Below, piece by piece: positions 13,011 to 25,311 of a stretch of DNA of 64,000 bases. The notes below the pieces were generated by a model. That model did not search any database. It saw only the letters and a program-made list of their open reading frames with translations, and had not been told where the DNA came from. The stretch spans positions 89,776,001-89,840,000 of the forward strand of contig OZ024747.1 in the NCBI GenBank assembly GCA_964016885.1, written 5' to 3'. Each line of letters starts with the position of its first letter. The stretch's first letter is position 1. The position numbers were made by a program, and so were the translations under genes. This stretch comes from Eledone cirrhosa (Eukaryota).

Positions 13011-15406
13011 TTAATGGTGCTTTGCAGAACATTTGAATCTTCAGGTATGTTTTCTGCTAGCTGAGCCTTTTATGTAACTGTATGGTTTGCAGAAATAATT
13101 GCCCCATTCAGTGTACTCTGACAAAGCACAGCATAATCATACTGGCAGCCTGTCCTATTTTTTTTTTTCAACCTTTTAAATGGTACCTTAAGGTAACTGG
13201 AGCTCTCAGTCATCTGGCCATTTTTTGTGATATTTAACTTTTGCTTGTTGGTGATAGTTTGATTATTGTTTGCTTTTCATCTTTTGGTTACATTGATTTA
13301 CTTTTTTGTTATATGTGATATTTTCATTCCTGTTCTGTTTCCGTATGGCCCCTATTTTTGGGTATTTATGGTTTTGTTTTGATGTTTTTATTAACATCTT
13401 CACTGTTTACAATTTTGATTCATTGAGCTTCTTGTTACACATACTGAATAGGTGAATATTTCACTTGAAATATGAATGATGTCTAATATCTTGCATGGCT
13501 CTCACAAGACTTTCATCTACATTTATTTTTCTTAACAATAAATGAAATACCCAACTTTCTATCTATATTGATAAAAAAAATTGAATATTCTCATTTTGTC
13601 TGTTGATGTTCTGTGTGGAATGATTCTATATTACAGTATATTTCTTACTGTCTCTCTATTAGTTATTTTATATTGTTTTTTGATTTATGATAATAAAAAT
13701 TCCATTGCTCGCTATCTATTTTATATCAAAGATGATTATCTTGTGCTGATAGCTTTTAGAAAAGAATTAAAAAGTTCTAAAATGCATATGAATATTACAT
13801 TGTGAAGCTTACAAATATATTTTTTCTAATTAATGTCTGAATATTTTCAACACTATCTTCTCAAATTTATCAAAGATTTCAAGTCTAATTCTATGGGGTC
13901 CATCTTCAATGTTGTTATTGAGAGAACACCCCTTTTGGTCACGAATGACCATGGTATTTGCACCTAGAAAGTTTCCCTCTGAGGCACAAGTCCAGGCGAG
14001 GTTGTTTGTGGAAGACCAGCAGTTACCCATGCATACCAGCCCCCCCCCCTATCCATACCTCCGATGATGTCCAAGGGAAAGGCTATGGCCAATACAGCTT
14101 GGTGCCAGTGACATCGCAACTCATTTCTACAGTTAACCATTCCTGGGCAAACTTGTTCTGATTCTATGAACTAAAATCAACCATTCTAAAAAATACCTGC
14201 TTAAATTTTAATCTTTCAACATAATTTTATACAAGACAAAAACCATATTAAGTTGCTATCTTACTAATAGAATAATTAATAAATTTAGTAAAACCCTCAT
14301 AATTCTTCATTAATTAATTGAAATGCAGTAATAAAGTGAAAATTATCTATATAATGTTATATATTTTATTGAAGATTATCTTCTTCAAAGTTGGTATGAA
14401 TTACATAGAATGTTAAGCCTTCATTCAGACTTCAATACTACCATCAGCTGCGCAGCCATGATCTCTATGTCTGTCTTGTATTACCATTATTAGAAGTTTA
14501 ATAGAAATTTTGCTATACATCCTGAATCTCTATTTGGAATCACTAGCAAAATTTAAACTCAAAACAGCATTATGAAACTAAACAACATTTGACATTTAGT
14601 CTATTAATCTAATTTCTAGGAATTAAAAATTTGTAATTCATTTTATATTGATGACTGTGATTTAACCCTGGTTCTGCAATCTAAAACTGTTTCTATAAAA
14701 GTGTATGTATTTATCTAAAAACATTTCATAATAAATTCATGTAAGAATGTGCAAGTTAGTTATATTAAACCTCTCCAATGTCTTAATTATTTTCAAAATT
14801 ATTTGAAAATAATAGACATTATCTTTCATTAGAAATGTAGTATAAAAGTGTCCATATTTATCTAAAAACATTTCATCATATATAGTGTATATAATTAAGT
14901 GTTAGTATATTTCTAATTAACTAAGGACTCGAAATTAAACCCTCATATAATTACACCCAGATATATTTAATATTTACATTGATGGATACTTCTAGATAAT
15001 TCAAAGATTCGAGTTTACTCTTTCACATAGCTATGCCCAAATGTATATTCATGTATTTATCTATGCTTTATACTATAAAAATTATTCCTCTTTGTCTCTC
15101 TATCATTGATCAATTCTCTTTTGCTTTCTATGCTTCTAGTAACTATATTTTTTCCTCATCTGTTTCTCTCTGTCTTTCTTCTTTCGTTCTTCTTTCTTCA
15201 ATAATTTAAATTATTTGAATCTCTAACAGTTATGTAAATTGCTATTATGTAATTTTAAGCTGTCTCACACGCACCCTCTGTATTATATGTAAGTTTTTTC
15301 ATGTATCAATCTTAAGGTATATAAATATTGAGTCTTGTCATATCATATTCACTACCATGACTGAATCTTAACCATTTACTATGTCAGGGTATGTCATGCA
15401 TCATCT

Positions 15407-15473
15407 TATTTTATCGGATGAGGACGTACTGCTGCAGATAGCACACTACCTCTGAAATATGTATAATAAAATA
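15407..15473 (+). ncRNA. Degenerate type I hammerhead ribozyme motif
   Basis: Stem I tattttat/ataaaata; core cGgatga (U4 altered); stem II ggacgta/tacctct extended by tgct/agca; GAAA at 15454-15457; stem III A-tatgta-T; cleavage-site base A15465. Confidence 0.55.
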
Positions 15474-15620
15474 TACTTGATCACACGAATGTCTATTTTA
15501 ATTAATTAATTAATATTAATAACTCCGGAAAACCATTTCTGCTGAGTGCTTCCAATCTATTGTAAAACTCATTCTTTGATTTATTCATTGAACCTTGTTT
15601 AACCTTTAAATATATATATG

Positions 15621-15697
<77 letters not shown>

Positions 15698-15712
15698 GTA
15701 TATATATATATA

Positions 15713-15868
15713 TCATCATCATCATCATCATCATCACCGTTTTACATCCGTTCTTCCACGCTAGCATGGGTTAGACGGGTTGTTCTGTTGTGGGCAGTGT
15801 CTGGTCGGCTGACCATACCTTGCTCATACAGGAACTGATTTAGCTTCATTTCTACAGCTGGATGCCCA
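15713..15868 (-). mobile_element. RTE 3' UTR tip, second subfamily
   Basis: Matches 17501-17651 (accgttttac...gggttagacgggttg...ctacagctggatgccc). Flanked by (TA)n. Confidence 0.8.
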
Positions 15869-15960
15869 CATATACACACATATATATATGTATGTATGTA
15901 TATATATATATATATCTGTGTGTGTATATATATATATGTATGTGTGTGTATATATATATG

Positions 15961-16104
15961 TATTGTCACAAGTGTAGTGTTTGTACCAGAGTTTTCAAGT
16001 CTCTGGCTGGACTAAAAAGTCACACTTGTTCAGCCCATCGGTAGGGGTTCTCCTACATGGATATAAAGTAGTGGCCATACTCGAAAGCGAGTTGGCAGCT
16101 ACCA
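15961..16104 (+). mobile_element. 3' end of an RTE/BovB-like LINE (terminal C2H2 finger and 3' stem-loop)
   Basis: Reads [23 protein letters not shown], the CxxC...GLxSH finger found at the end of BovB-type ORFs. Followed by gccatactcg-aaag-cgagttggc. Confidence 0.7.
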
Positions 16105-16193
16105 TATATATATATATATGTATATATGTGTATATATATGTATGTATATATATGTGTTGTATGTGTATGTGTGTATGTATGTATGTATATATA

Positions 16194-16242
<49 letters not shown>

Positions 16243-16290
16243 ATATATATATATATATATGTGTATATATGTATATATGTAAATATGTAT

Positions 16291-16331
<41 letters not shown>

Positions 16332-16344
16332 CATACATATACAC

Positions 16345-16379
<35 letters not shown>

Positions 16380-16408
16380 CACATTTATATATACACACAT
16401 ACATACAC

Positions 16409-16491
<83 letters not shown>

Positions 16492-16522
16492 CACATACGT
16501 ACATATATATATATATACATAT

Positions 16523-17461
16523 ATCATCATCATCATCATCAGGTTTAGCGTCCGTGTTCCACGCTTGCATGGGTTTGGACGGGGGTTTTCCCACTTGAGG
16601 CAAGAGTGGTTGCCTTGCTCGCATAGGACTGTCTGGCGGGTTTTCTACAGTTGGATGCCCTTCCTAACACCAACCACATTTACAGTGTGGGGCTGGGAGG
16701 TTTTTACCGTGTTGCCTACACGGCCACATTACAGCGTGGACTGTCTGGCGGGTTTTCTACAGCTGGATGCCCTTCCTAACACCAACCACATTTACAGTGT
16801 GGGGCTGGGAGGTTTTTACCGTGTTGCCTACATGGCCACATTTACAGAGTGGACTGTGTGTTTTTTGTCGTGACACCTACACGATCTCATTTGTTTCGGC
16901 CTGGATGTTGTGGGACCAACATAACTTTACATTGAAAGGGGCGGTGTGGGTGGGGTGGAGGTGGTGGGACGGGGGTGTGTTTTGATAGAGATGCCTACTG
17001 ACTGTAGTAGGTTTTTACTTTGTATTTAGGTAAGGCGGGTCTTCTCTATTACTGAGTACCGCCAAAGGTCTCGGTCCAGTGACATTGTCTTGGAGAGGTG
17101 TAAGCGTGTGAGGTCGGAATTTATCAGCTCGTCCCATGTTTTTCTGGGTCTGCCTACTCCGTGGCTACCGTCTATCTTTATTGCCCTGCACTTTGTTATA
17201 CAGCTGTCGTCTTTCATGCGCATCACGTGACCGTACCAACGTAGCCTTCTCTCGAGTAAACAACATCTGATCCCTCTTATTTCTAATTTTTTCCTTAGTT
17301 CGTTTATGCTTTGCCGTTCACTTATATTACTATTGCACATCCAGCGGAGCATGCAAGCTTCGTTCCTCTCTAGTCTGCGTATATCCTCTGCACACAATGC
17401 CCAGGTCTCACTGCCATGCAGCATTGCTGTTCGTATGCAGGCATCGTATAACCTGCCTTTC
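16523..17461 (-). mobile_element. RTE-clade LINE 3' fragment, same family
   Basis: ORF 17026-17424 nearly identical to the C-terminus of the long copy. The 3' UTR has an internal direct duplication of about 112 bp (units start near 16626 and 16738). (CAT)n on + is the tail. Confidence 0.93.
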
Positions 17462-17468
17462 TATATAC

Positions 17469-17500
<32 letters not shown>

Positions 17501-17502
<2 letters not shown>

Positions 17503-18057
17503 CATCATCATCATCATCACCGTTTTACGTCCATTTTTCCATGCTAGTATGGGTTAGACGGGTTGTCCTGTTGTGGGGCAGTGTCTGGTCGGCTGACCAT
17601 GCCTTGCTCATACAGGAAATGATTTTGGGTTGATTTCTACAGCTGGATGCCCTTCCTAACACCAACCTCATTTACAGTGAGTGCTGGGTGCTTTTTCCGT
17701 GGCGCCTACACGTCCACTTTACAGTGTGGGCTGGGTGCTTTTTTGCGATGGCACCTCCACGACCACTTTGCAGTGGGAGGGTGTGGGGGCATATTGTCTA
17801 TATGCTTCAGCTTGTACCCATGGGAGGTCGGGTACTCTGTATTACTGCGTGACGCCAGAGGTCATGGTCGTGTGTCATCGCCTTTGAGAGGTGTAATTGG
17901 GTAAGGTCGGCTTTTATCACCTCATCCCAGGTCTTCTTGGGTCTCCCCACTCCGCAGTTTCCATTGACTTCTAGTGCTCTGCACCTTTTTATGCAGCTGT
18001 CATCCTTCATACGCATCACATGTCCATACCAATGCAACCACCTCTCCTGCACACAGC
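17501..18057 (-). mobile_element. RTE-clade LINE 3' fragment, second related subfamily
   Basis: Reads [24 protein letters not shown]...GRPKKTWDEVIKADL. Related but distinct 3' UTR and (GAT)n tail. Confidence 0.88.
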
Positions 18058-18070
18058 ATATGTATATGTA

Positions 18071-18103
<33 letters not shown>

Positions 18104-18420
18104 TCCTTTTTTTTATTTTTTATTTATTTATTAATTAACTTTTTTTTTTCTCCTCGTGCAATGGCCATACTCGATAACGAGAGGGCAGCCATCATGTATG
18201 TATGTGTGTATGCATGTATGTATGTGTGTATATATATATCTATGTATGTGTGTGTATATGTATATATGTATGTGTGTGTATATATATATGTGTGTGTGTG
18301 TGTATATATATATATGTATATATGTATATATATATATGTATGTGTGTGTATGTGTGTGTATATAAATATATATATGTGTGTATATATATGTATATATATA
18401 TGTGTGCGTATATATATATA

Positions 18421-18497
<77 letters not shown>

Positions 18498-19162
18498 ATG
18501 TGAATGTGTCTGTTGACACCTGGAATATAGCTTAAGAGAAATATAACAATAATGATAGACACCCAATATTTTGAACTGGTTTATAGAATTTTCTTGGCCT
18601 TTGTCACTGTAAGTAGAGCTTTAAAGAATTAGCTTTTAAAGAATTTCCCTTTTCTTTAAATCCATCAACCATGCCCGACCCACAACCACCTTATAGACAC
18701 CTGAAATATAGGCATTGTTAGCTTAAAAGAAAAAGAAAAATTAGGAGTGGCACCCCATTCTGAACCTGTTTATAGAATCCTTTCTGCCTTTGTCACTCTA
18801 AATATAAACTATAGACTTAAAGAATTAGCTTTTAATGAATTCCCTTTTCTTTCAACCAATGACCTCCACCCATCCCACTCTCCACCCTGTTCTACCACCT
18901 GAAAAGATATAAATACCACTACATTTATTTTTGGAAAGCCAGATTCCTGATGATTTCTAAAGAATGAAACATTTCTAGTCCTGTAGAATCTCATCTATAT
19001 TAAAACTTTTATACTCTGCTATGTATTGAATACCTTACTTACTGTGGTTACCTCCGATTCAAACCGGAATAACTTACCTTATATATATATATATTTTTTT
19101 TTTCTCATGCAATGGCCATACTCGATAACGAGGGGGCAGCCATCATATATATATATATATAT

Positions 19163-21821
19163 ATCATCATCATCATCATCGTTTAACGTCCGTGTTCCAC
19201 GCTTGCATGGGTTTGGACGGGGGTAGTCCCACTTGAGGCAAGAGTGATTGTCTTGCTCGCATAGGACTGTCTGGCAGGTTTTCTACAGTTGGATGCCCTT
19301 CCTAACACCAACCACATTTACAGTGTGGGTCTGGGAGGTTTTTACCGTGTTGCCTACACGGCCACATTACAGCGTGGACTGTGTGTTTTTTTGTCGTGAC
19401 ACCTACACGATCTCATTTGTTTCGGCCTCGAAGGCGCGGCACCAACATAACTTTACATAGAACGGGGTGGTGTGGATCGGGTGGGGGTGGGGGTGGTGGG
19501 ACGGGGTGTATTTTGTTAGAGATGCCTACTGGCTGGAGTAGGTTTTACTATATATTTAGGTAAGGCGGGTCTTCTCTGTTACTGAGTACCGCCAAAGGTC
19601 TCGGTCCAGTGACATTGTCTTGGAGAGGTGTAAGTGTGTGATGTCGGAGTTTATCAGCTCGTCCCAGGTTTTTCTAGGTCTGCCTATTCCGTGACTACCG
19701 TCTATCTTTATTGCCCTGCACTTTGTTATACAGCTATCGACTTTCATGCGCATCACGTGTCCATACCAACGTAGCCTTCTCTCGAGTAAACAACATCTGA
19801 TCCCTCTTATCTCTAATTTTTTCCTTAGTTCGTTTATGCTTTGCCGTTCACGTATATTACTGTTACACATCCAGCGGAGCATGCAAGCTTCGTTCCTCTC
19901 TAGTCTGCGTATATCCTCTGCACACAATGCCCAGGTCTCACTGCCATGCAGCATTGCTGTTCGTATGCAGGCATCGTACAACCTGCCTTTCATTTTTAGT
20001 GAGAACCCTTTAGCAGCTAATAGTGGTATAAGCTCTCTGAACTTTTTCCAACCAGTTCTGACTCTAGCTACAGTACTTTCAGAGCACCCTCCCCCACTGC
20101 TGATTTTATCGCCCAGGTAACGGAAGCTGTCCACTATTTCTATAGAACCCTCTGCGCAATTGAAAGAGCTAGTAGTTTGTGGGCACTTGCTGCTACTTAT
20201 TGCACCAGAGCACCGGCCACATGTAAAATCTATGTTCTTAGTTAGCTTACCTGTGATCCCACTACATCTTTTATGCACCCATACTTTGCATTTAGGACAT
20301 AAAATGGAGTTTCTACCTACGCCTTTCCTACACACCGAGCACGACCATTTCCCAGAAGGGACCGCCGCCTTGTTTTCTTTCCTACAAACTAGCACTTTGG
20401 TCTTAGCCAGGTTAATTTTAAGTCCTTTTGACTCTAGGCCGTGCTTCCATGTTTGGAATTTCTTCTCTAGCTCGGCCATTGATTCCGCTATGAGTGTCAG
20501 GTCGTCTGCGTATAGGAGTTCCCATGGGCAGCCTGTCTTGAACTCCTCTGTTATAGCCTGAAGGGCAATAATAAATAGTAGTGGACTGAGAACAGAGCCC
20601 TGATGGACGCCAACTTTTACGCTAAACTCTTCACTATATTCGTTGTTAATTCTAACCTTGCTGACTGTTTCTTTATACATGGCTTGTATAGCCCTCACAA
20701 GCCATTCGTCAACGCCTAGTTTTCTAAGAGCCCACCAGATAATGGAGCGGGGGACTCTGTCGAAGGCTTTCTCCAAGTCGACAAAAGCTAAGTAGAGGGG
20801 TTTACCTTTAGCTAGGTACTTCTCCTGTAGTTGTCGTACTATGAAAAGAGCGTCTGTGGTACTTTTGCCTGACACAAACCCGAACTGCATTTCATCTAGG
20901 TCAATTCTCTCTCTGATTAGTTGCGCTATTACTCTTTCCGTGACCTTCATGACCTGGTCGATTAATTTAATGCCTCTATAGTTACTCCTATCTAGGGCGT
21001 CTCCTTTACCCTTATAACAGTTAACGATGATGCTGCTATGCCAGTCCTTCGGAACAACCCCATTCTGTACGACTTGGTTAACTATGCGGGTGACCATGGT
21101 GTGTCCCACCGTGCCAGATGCCTTCAGCATCTCAGCAACTATTTCCGAAGGCCCAGCCGCCTTACCAGTCTTCATATCCTTGATTGCCTTACTTATTATA
21201 CTCCCCTCGACTAACACTGCTGGTCCCTCTATTGGGTCGATATGGGGGAGACTGCCTTTCTCCCAATTATTCTCCTCATTTAGAAGCCTTTCATAGTGAC
21301 ACTTCCAAGCTACCTTCTTATCAGCGTCGGTGATGGCAAGTGTGCCATCGTCGTTTAGTACACACTTCTCCCCGACAATATCACGGTTTTCCTTGACGCA
21401 TTGCCTAGCAATCCTGAACACCTCACGTTTTTGGTCATCGCGTTGTAGAACATGCTTGAACTTTCTTTCCTCAGCTTCCCTTCTTGCTAAGTACACTTGT
21501 CTCCTAGCTTCCCTCCTGGCCACTTGATAGTCCTCTCTACTTCCCCCATCCCGCCATACTTTCCAAGCCTGCTTTTTGGCCTTAATTGACCCCTCCACCT
21601 TACTGTTCCACCACCATGTTACTCTCCTCCTGCCTACAGGCCTGCTCCAGCCACAGACTTCGTCTGTCGCCAACAGCAGGTTTGCTTTCAGAAATTCCCA
21701 CTCTCCCTCTATATTGTCCGACTCTAAATGTTCTTCCTTACTGTCGAAAGCATCAAGTAATATGCTTTGAAATTTATTCCTGGCTGTGGGGTCCTTTAGC
21801 TTCCATATTTTCCTCCTGAGG
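19163..21821 (-). mobile_element. RTE-clade LINE, 5'-truncated young copy (RT + PHD finger + C-terminal domain + 3' UTR)
   Basis: Open frame from about 21821 to the stop at 19556 with RT motifs NYRGIKL, FVDLEKAFD, GVHQGSVLSP and LLYADD (20501-20512), then RRLRWYGHV and GRPRKTW. (GAT)n tail. No endonuclease domain. The first ~80 aa of the 833-aa ORF are read-through into microsatellite and the neighbouring element. Confidence 0.95.
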
Positions 21822-21895
21822 ATATATATATGTATATAAATATATATATGTATATAAATTATATATATGTATACATATATATATGTATGCATATG

Positions 21896-21929
<34 letters not shown>

Positions 21930-21942
21930 TGTATGTATGTAT

Positions 21943-22538
21943 GAATGGTGCTACTGGTAACATGTATCCCAGTACAACCTGTTTCATGGTCGGGTCGTTG
22001 GCGACTAAACTGGCAACCCCACCAAGGTTTCTTGGTGAGGAGGGTGACTTTGGACATCCTGCAGGACTAAAAACAAAACCTGTCAAAGGGCAAAGGAGCT
22101 CTTAAGAGTCAATGGCCATCCAAAATCACCGGGAGAGATGACCCATTAGCCTTTGTCAAGGCAGAATTCTAGGAGAAGGAAAACTCTGATATAACACCTG
22201 CAACCCTGATGGTATCCAATGATGTTGACTTGTTTTACTTTTTGGTAAATATCATCTTGGTTAAGAGAGTGGGACTGGCTCTGTGCAATGCCTTTGCTCA
22301 CTATAAAAGCTTCATGGCACAGGCATTGCTTTATATCTGGAGATCTCTCTGCACTTGTCACATGGTACCATGGGCCCAGCACTATGTGTCAATAATTGTC
22401 ACAAGTGTAGTGTTTGTGCCAGAGTTTTCAAGTCGCTGGATGGACTCAAAAGTCACACTCGTTCAGCGCATCGGTAGGGGTTCTCCTACATGGATATAAA
22501 GTAGTGGCCGTACTCGAAAACGAGTTGGCAGCCACCAT
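21943..22538 (+). mobile_element. Bipartite non-autonomous RTE element (5' UTR joined to the zinc-finger 3' end)
   Basis: The 5' part has taggagaaggaaaactctga, which I recall from RTE 5' UTRs. The 3' part (22396-22538) matches 15961-16104, ending in a terminal hairpin. No RT between them. Confidence 0.6.
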
Positions 22539-22684
22539 GTATGAATGTATATATATATATGTATGCATATGTATATATGTATACATATATATATATGTAT
22601 GTATGTGTACATATATATGTATACATATGTATATATGTATACATATATATATGTATGTATGTATGTATATATGTATACATATAT

Positions 22685-23734
22685 CGGTGCTCTGGGGCAA
22701 TAAGTAGCAGCAAGTGCCCACAAAATACTAGCTCTTTCAATTGCGCAGAGGGTTCTATAGAAATAGTGGACAGCTTCCGTTACCTGGGTGACAAAATCAG
22801 CAGTGGGGAAGGGTGCTCTGAAAGTACAGTAGCTAGAGTCAGAACTGGATGGAAAAAGTTCAGAGAGCTTATACCGCTATTAGCCGCTAAAGGGTTCTCC
22901 CTAAAAATGAAAGGCAGGTTGTACGATGCCTGCATACGAACAGCAATGTTGCATGGCAGTGAGACCTGGGCATTGTGTGCAGAGGATATACGCAGACTAG
23001 AGAGAAACGAAGCTTGCATGCTCCGCTGGATGTGTAATAGTAATATACGTGAACGGCAAAGCATAAACAAACTAAGGAAAAAATTAGAAATAAGAGGGTT
23101 CAGATGTTGTTTACTCGAGAGAAGGCTACGTTGGTATGGTCACGTGATGCGCATGAAGGACGATAGCTGTATAACAAAGTGCAGGGCAATAAAGATAGAC
23201 GGTAGCCACGGAATAGGCAGACCCAGAAAAACCTGGGACGAGCTGATAAATTCCGACCTCACACACTTACACCTCACCAAGACAATGTCACTGGACCGAG
23301 ACCTTTGGCGGTACTCAGTAATAGAGAAGACCCGCCTTACCTAAATACAAAGTAAAACCTACTACAGTCAGTAGGCATCTCTAACAAAATACACCCCCGT
23401 CCCACCACCCCCACCCCATCCACACCGCCCCTTTCAATGTAAAGTTATGTTGGTGCCACAACATCCAGGCCGAAACAAATGAGATCATGTAGGTGTCACG
23501 TCAAAAAACACACAGTTCACGCTGTAATGTGGCCGTGTAGGCAACACGGTAAAAACCTCCCAGCCCCACACTGTAAATGTGGTTGGTGTTAGGAAGGGCA
23601 TCCAGCCGTAGAAAACCCGCCAGATAGTCCTATGCGAGCAAGATAACCACTCTTGCCTCAAGTGGGAAAACCCCCGTCCAAACCCATGCAAGCGTGGAAC
23701 ACGGACGTTAAACGATGATGATGATGATGATGAT
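22685..23734 (+). mobile_element. RTE-clade LINE 3' fragment, same family, inverted relative to 19163-21821
   Basis: Near-identical translation [10 protein letters not shown]...IEKTRLT (stop ends 23344), same 3' UTR, (GAT)n tail at about 23714-23734. Confidence 0.95.
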
Positions 23735-24176
23735 ATGTATATATATATGTATGTATACATATATATGTATACATATATATGTATACATATGTATATATAT
23801 GTATATATATATATGTATATATATGTATATATATATATATAGATAAGAAAGGGGAATAACTCAAGTTGCTCTGAAACAACATTGATTAGCTCACTGCCTT
23901 TATTGAATAATATTTAGTTCTTGTTATAATATTCTTACTGTGTACTTTTTAAAAATGAATCTATATTGCTAAATCTATATTGTTTTCCAAACAAAATAGT
24001 TGAATCTAATTGATACCTGGAAATATGATACTGTGAACTGTTTGAAGTGAGTTAAATTAACAAAGGATTTGATGATAAAAGTAGACTACCTGATCATTAA
24101 TTCAAACTTCTGCCCCCACCCCATCACACATTCAGTAACAGATATTTTATTAAATAGTTTACACATACACACTGAC

Positions 24177-24287
24177 ATATATATATGTATATATATATAT
24201 GTATGTATGTATATATATGTATATATATATATGTATGTATGTATATATATGTATATATATATATGTATGTAAATATATATATGTATG

Positions 24288-24320
<33 letters not shown>

Positions 24321-24375
24321 GTATGTATGTATGTATATGTATATATATATATGTATGTAAATATATATATGTATG

Positions 24376-24424
<49 letters not shown>

Positions 24425-24467
24425 GTATATGTATATATATATATGTATGTAAATATATATATGTATG

Positions 24468-24530
<63 letters not shown>

Positions 24531-24541
24531 GTATATATATG

Positions 24542-24576
<35 letters not shown>

Positions 24577-24608
24577 ATGTATATATGTGTGTGTATATAT
24601 ATATGTGC

Positions 24609-24647
<39 letters not shown>

Positions 24648-24733
24648 CATACACATATACAGGATATTAATAAAAGGATTGTACAATGGTTCCTTGGAAT
24701 AACTATTTCGATGCATAGAAACATATGTATAAA

Positions 24734-24793
<60 letters not shown>

Positions 24794-25142
24794 CTCATGC
24801 ATATCAAAGGAGGAAGCAGAATTTTATTGATATAAATAGATAAAAATTATTGATTGATAAAAATTGATATGCATAGTATATTTTATTGAATGTTATTCAT
24901 ATCTGTTTTAGGCAGTAATACATACACACACGCATAATAACTCGTATTCATAATCAGACGCACACACTCCTCACACACACACATATATATCTATATCTAT
25001 ATTTATACATATATATTCATATATATATATAAATATATATACATATATATTTATATATATATATATATATATTCATATATATATACATACATATAAATAT
25101 ATATATATATATACATACATATAAATATATATATATGCATGC

Positions 25143-25173
<31 letters not shown>

Positions 25174-25280
25174 AATATATATATATATTCATATATATAT
25201 ATATACATATAAATATATATATTTATTTATATATATATATACATATATATATATATACATATATATTTATTTATATATAC

Positions 25281-25311
<31 letters not shown>

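Noticed and set aside
19746-21819. Plus-strand ORFs overlapping the RTE (also shadow ORFs over the CR1)
   Set aside because: Antisense or alternate-frame shadows of RT coding sequence.
15742-25208. Many YIYI, VCVC and HTHT ORFs (also at 31.6-32.0, 45.4-45.7 and 56.2-56.5 kb)
   Set aside because: They are translations of TA/TG/CA microsatellites.
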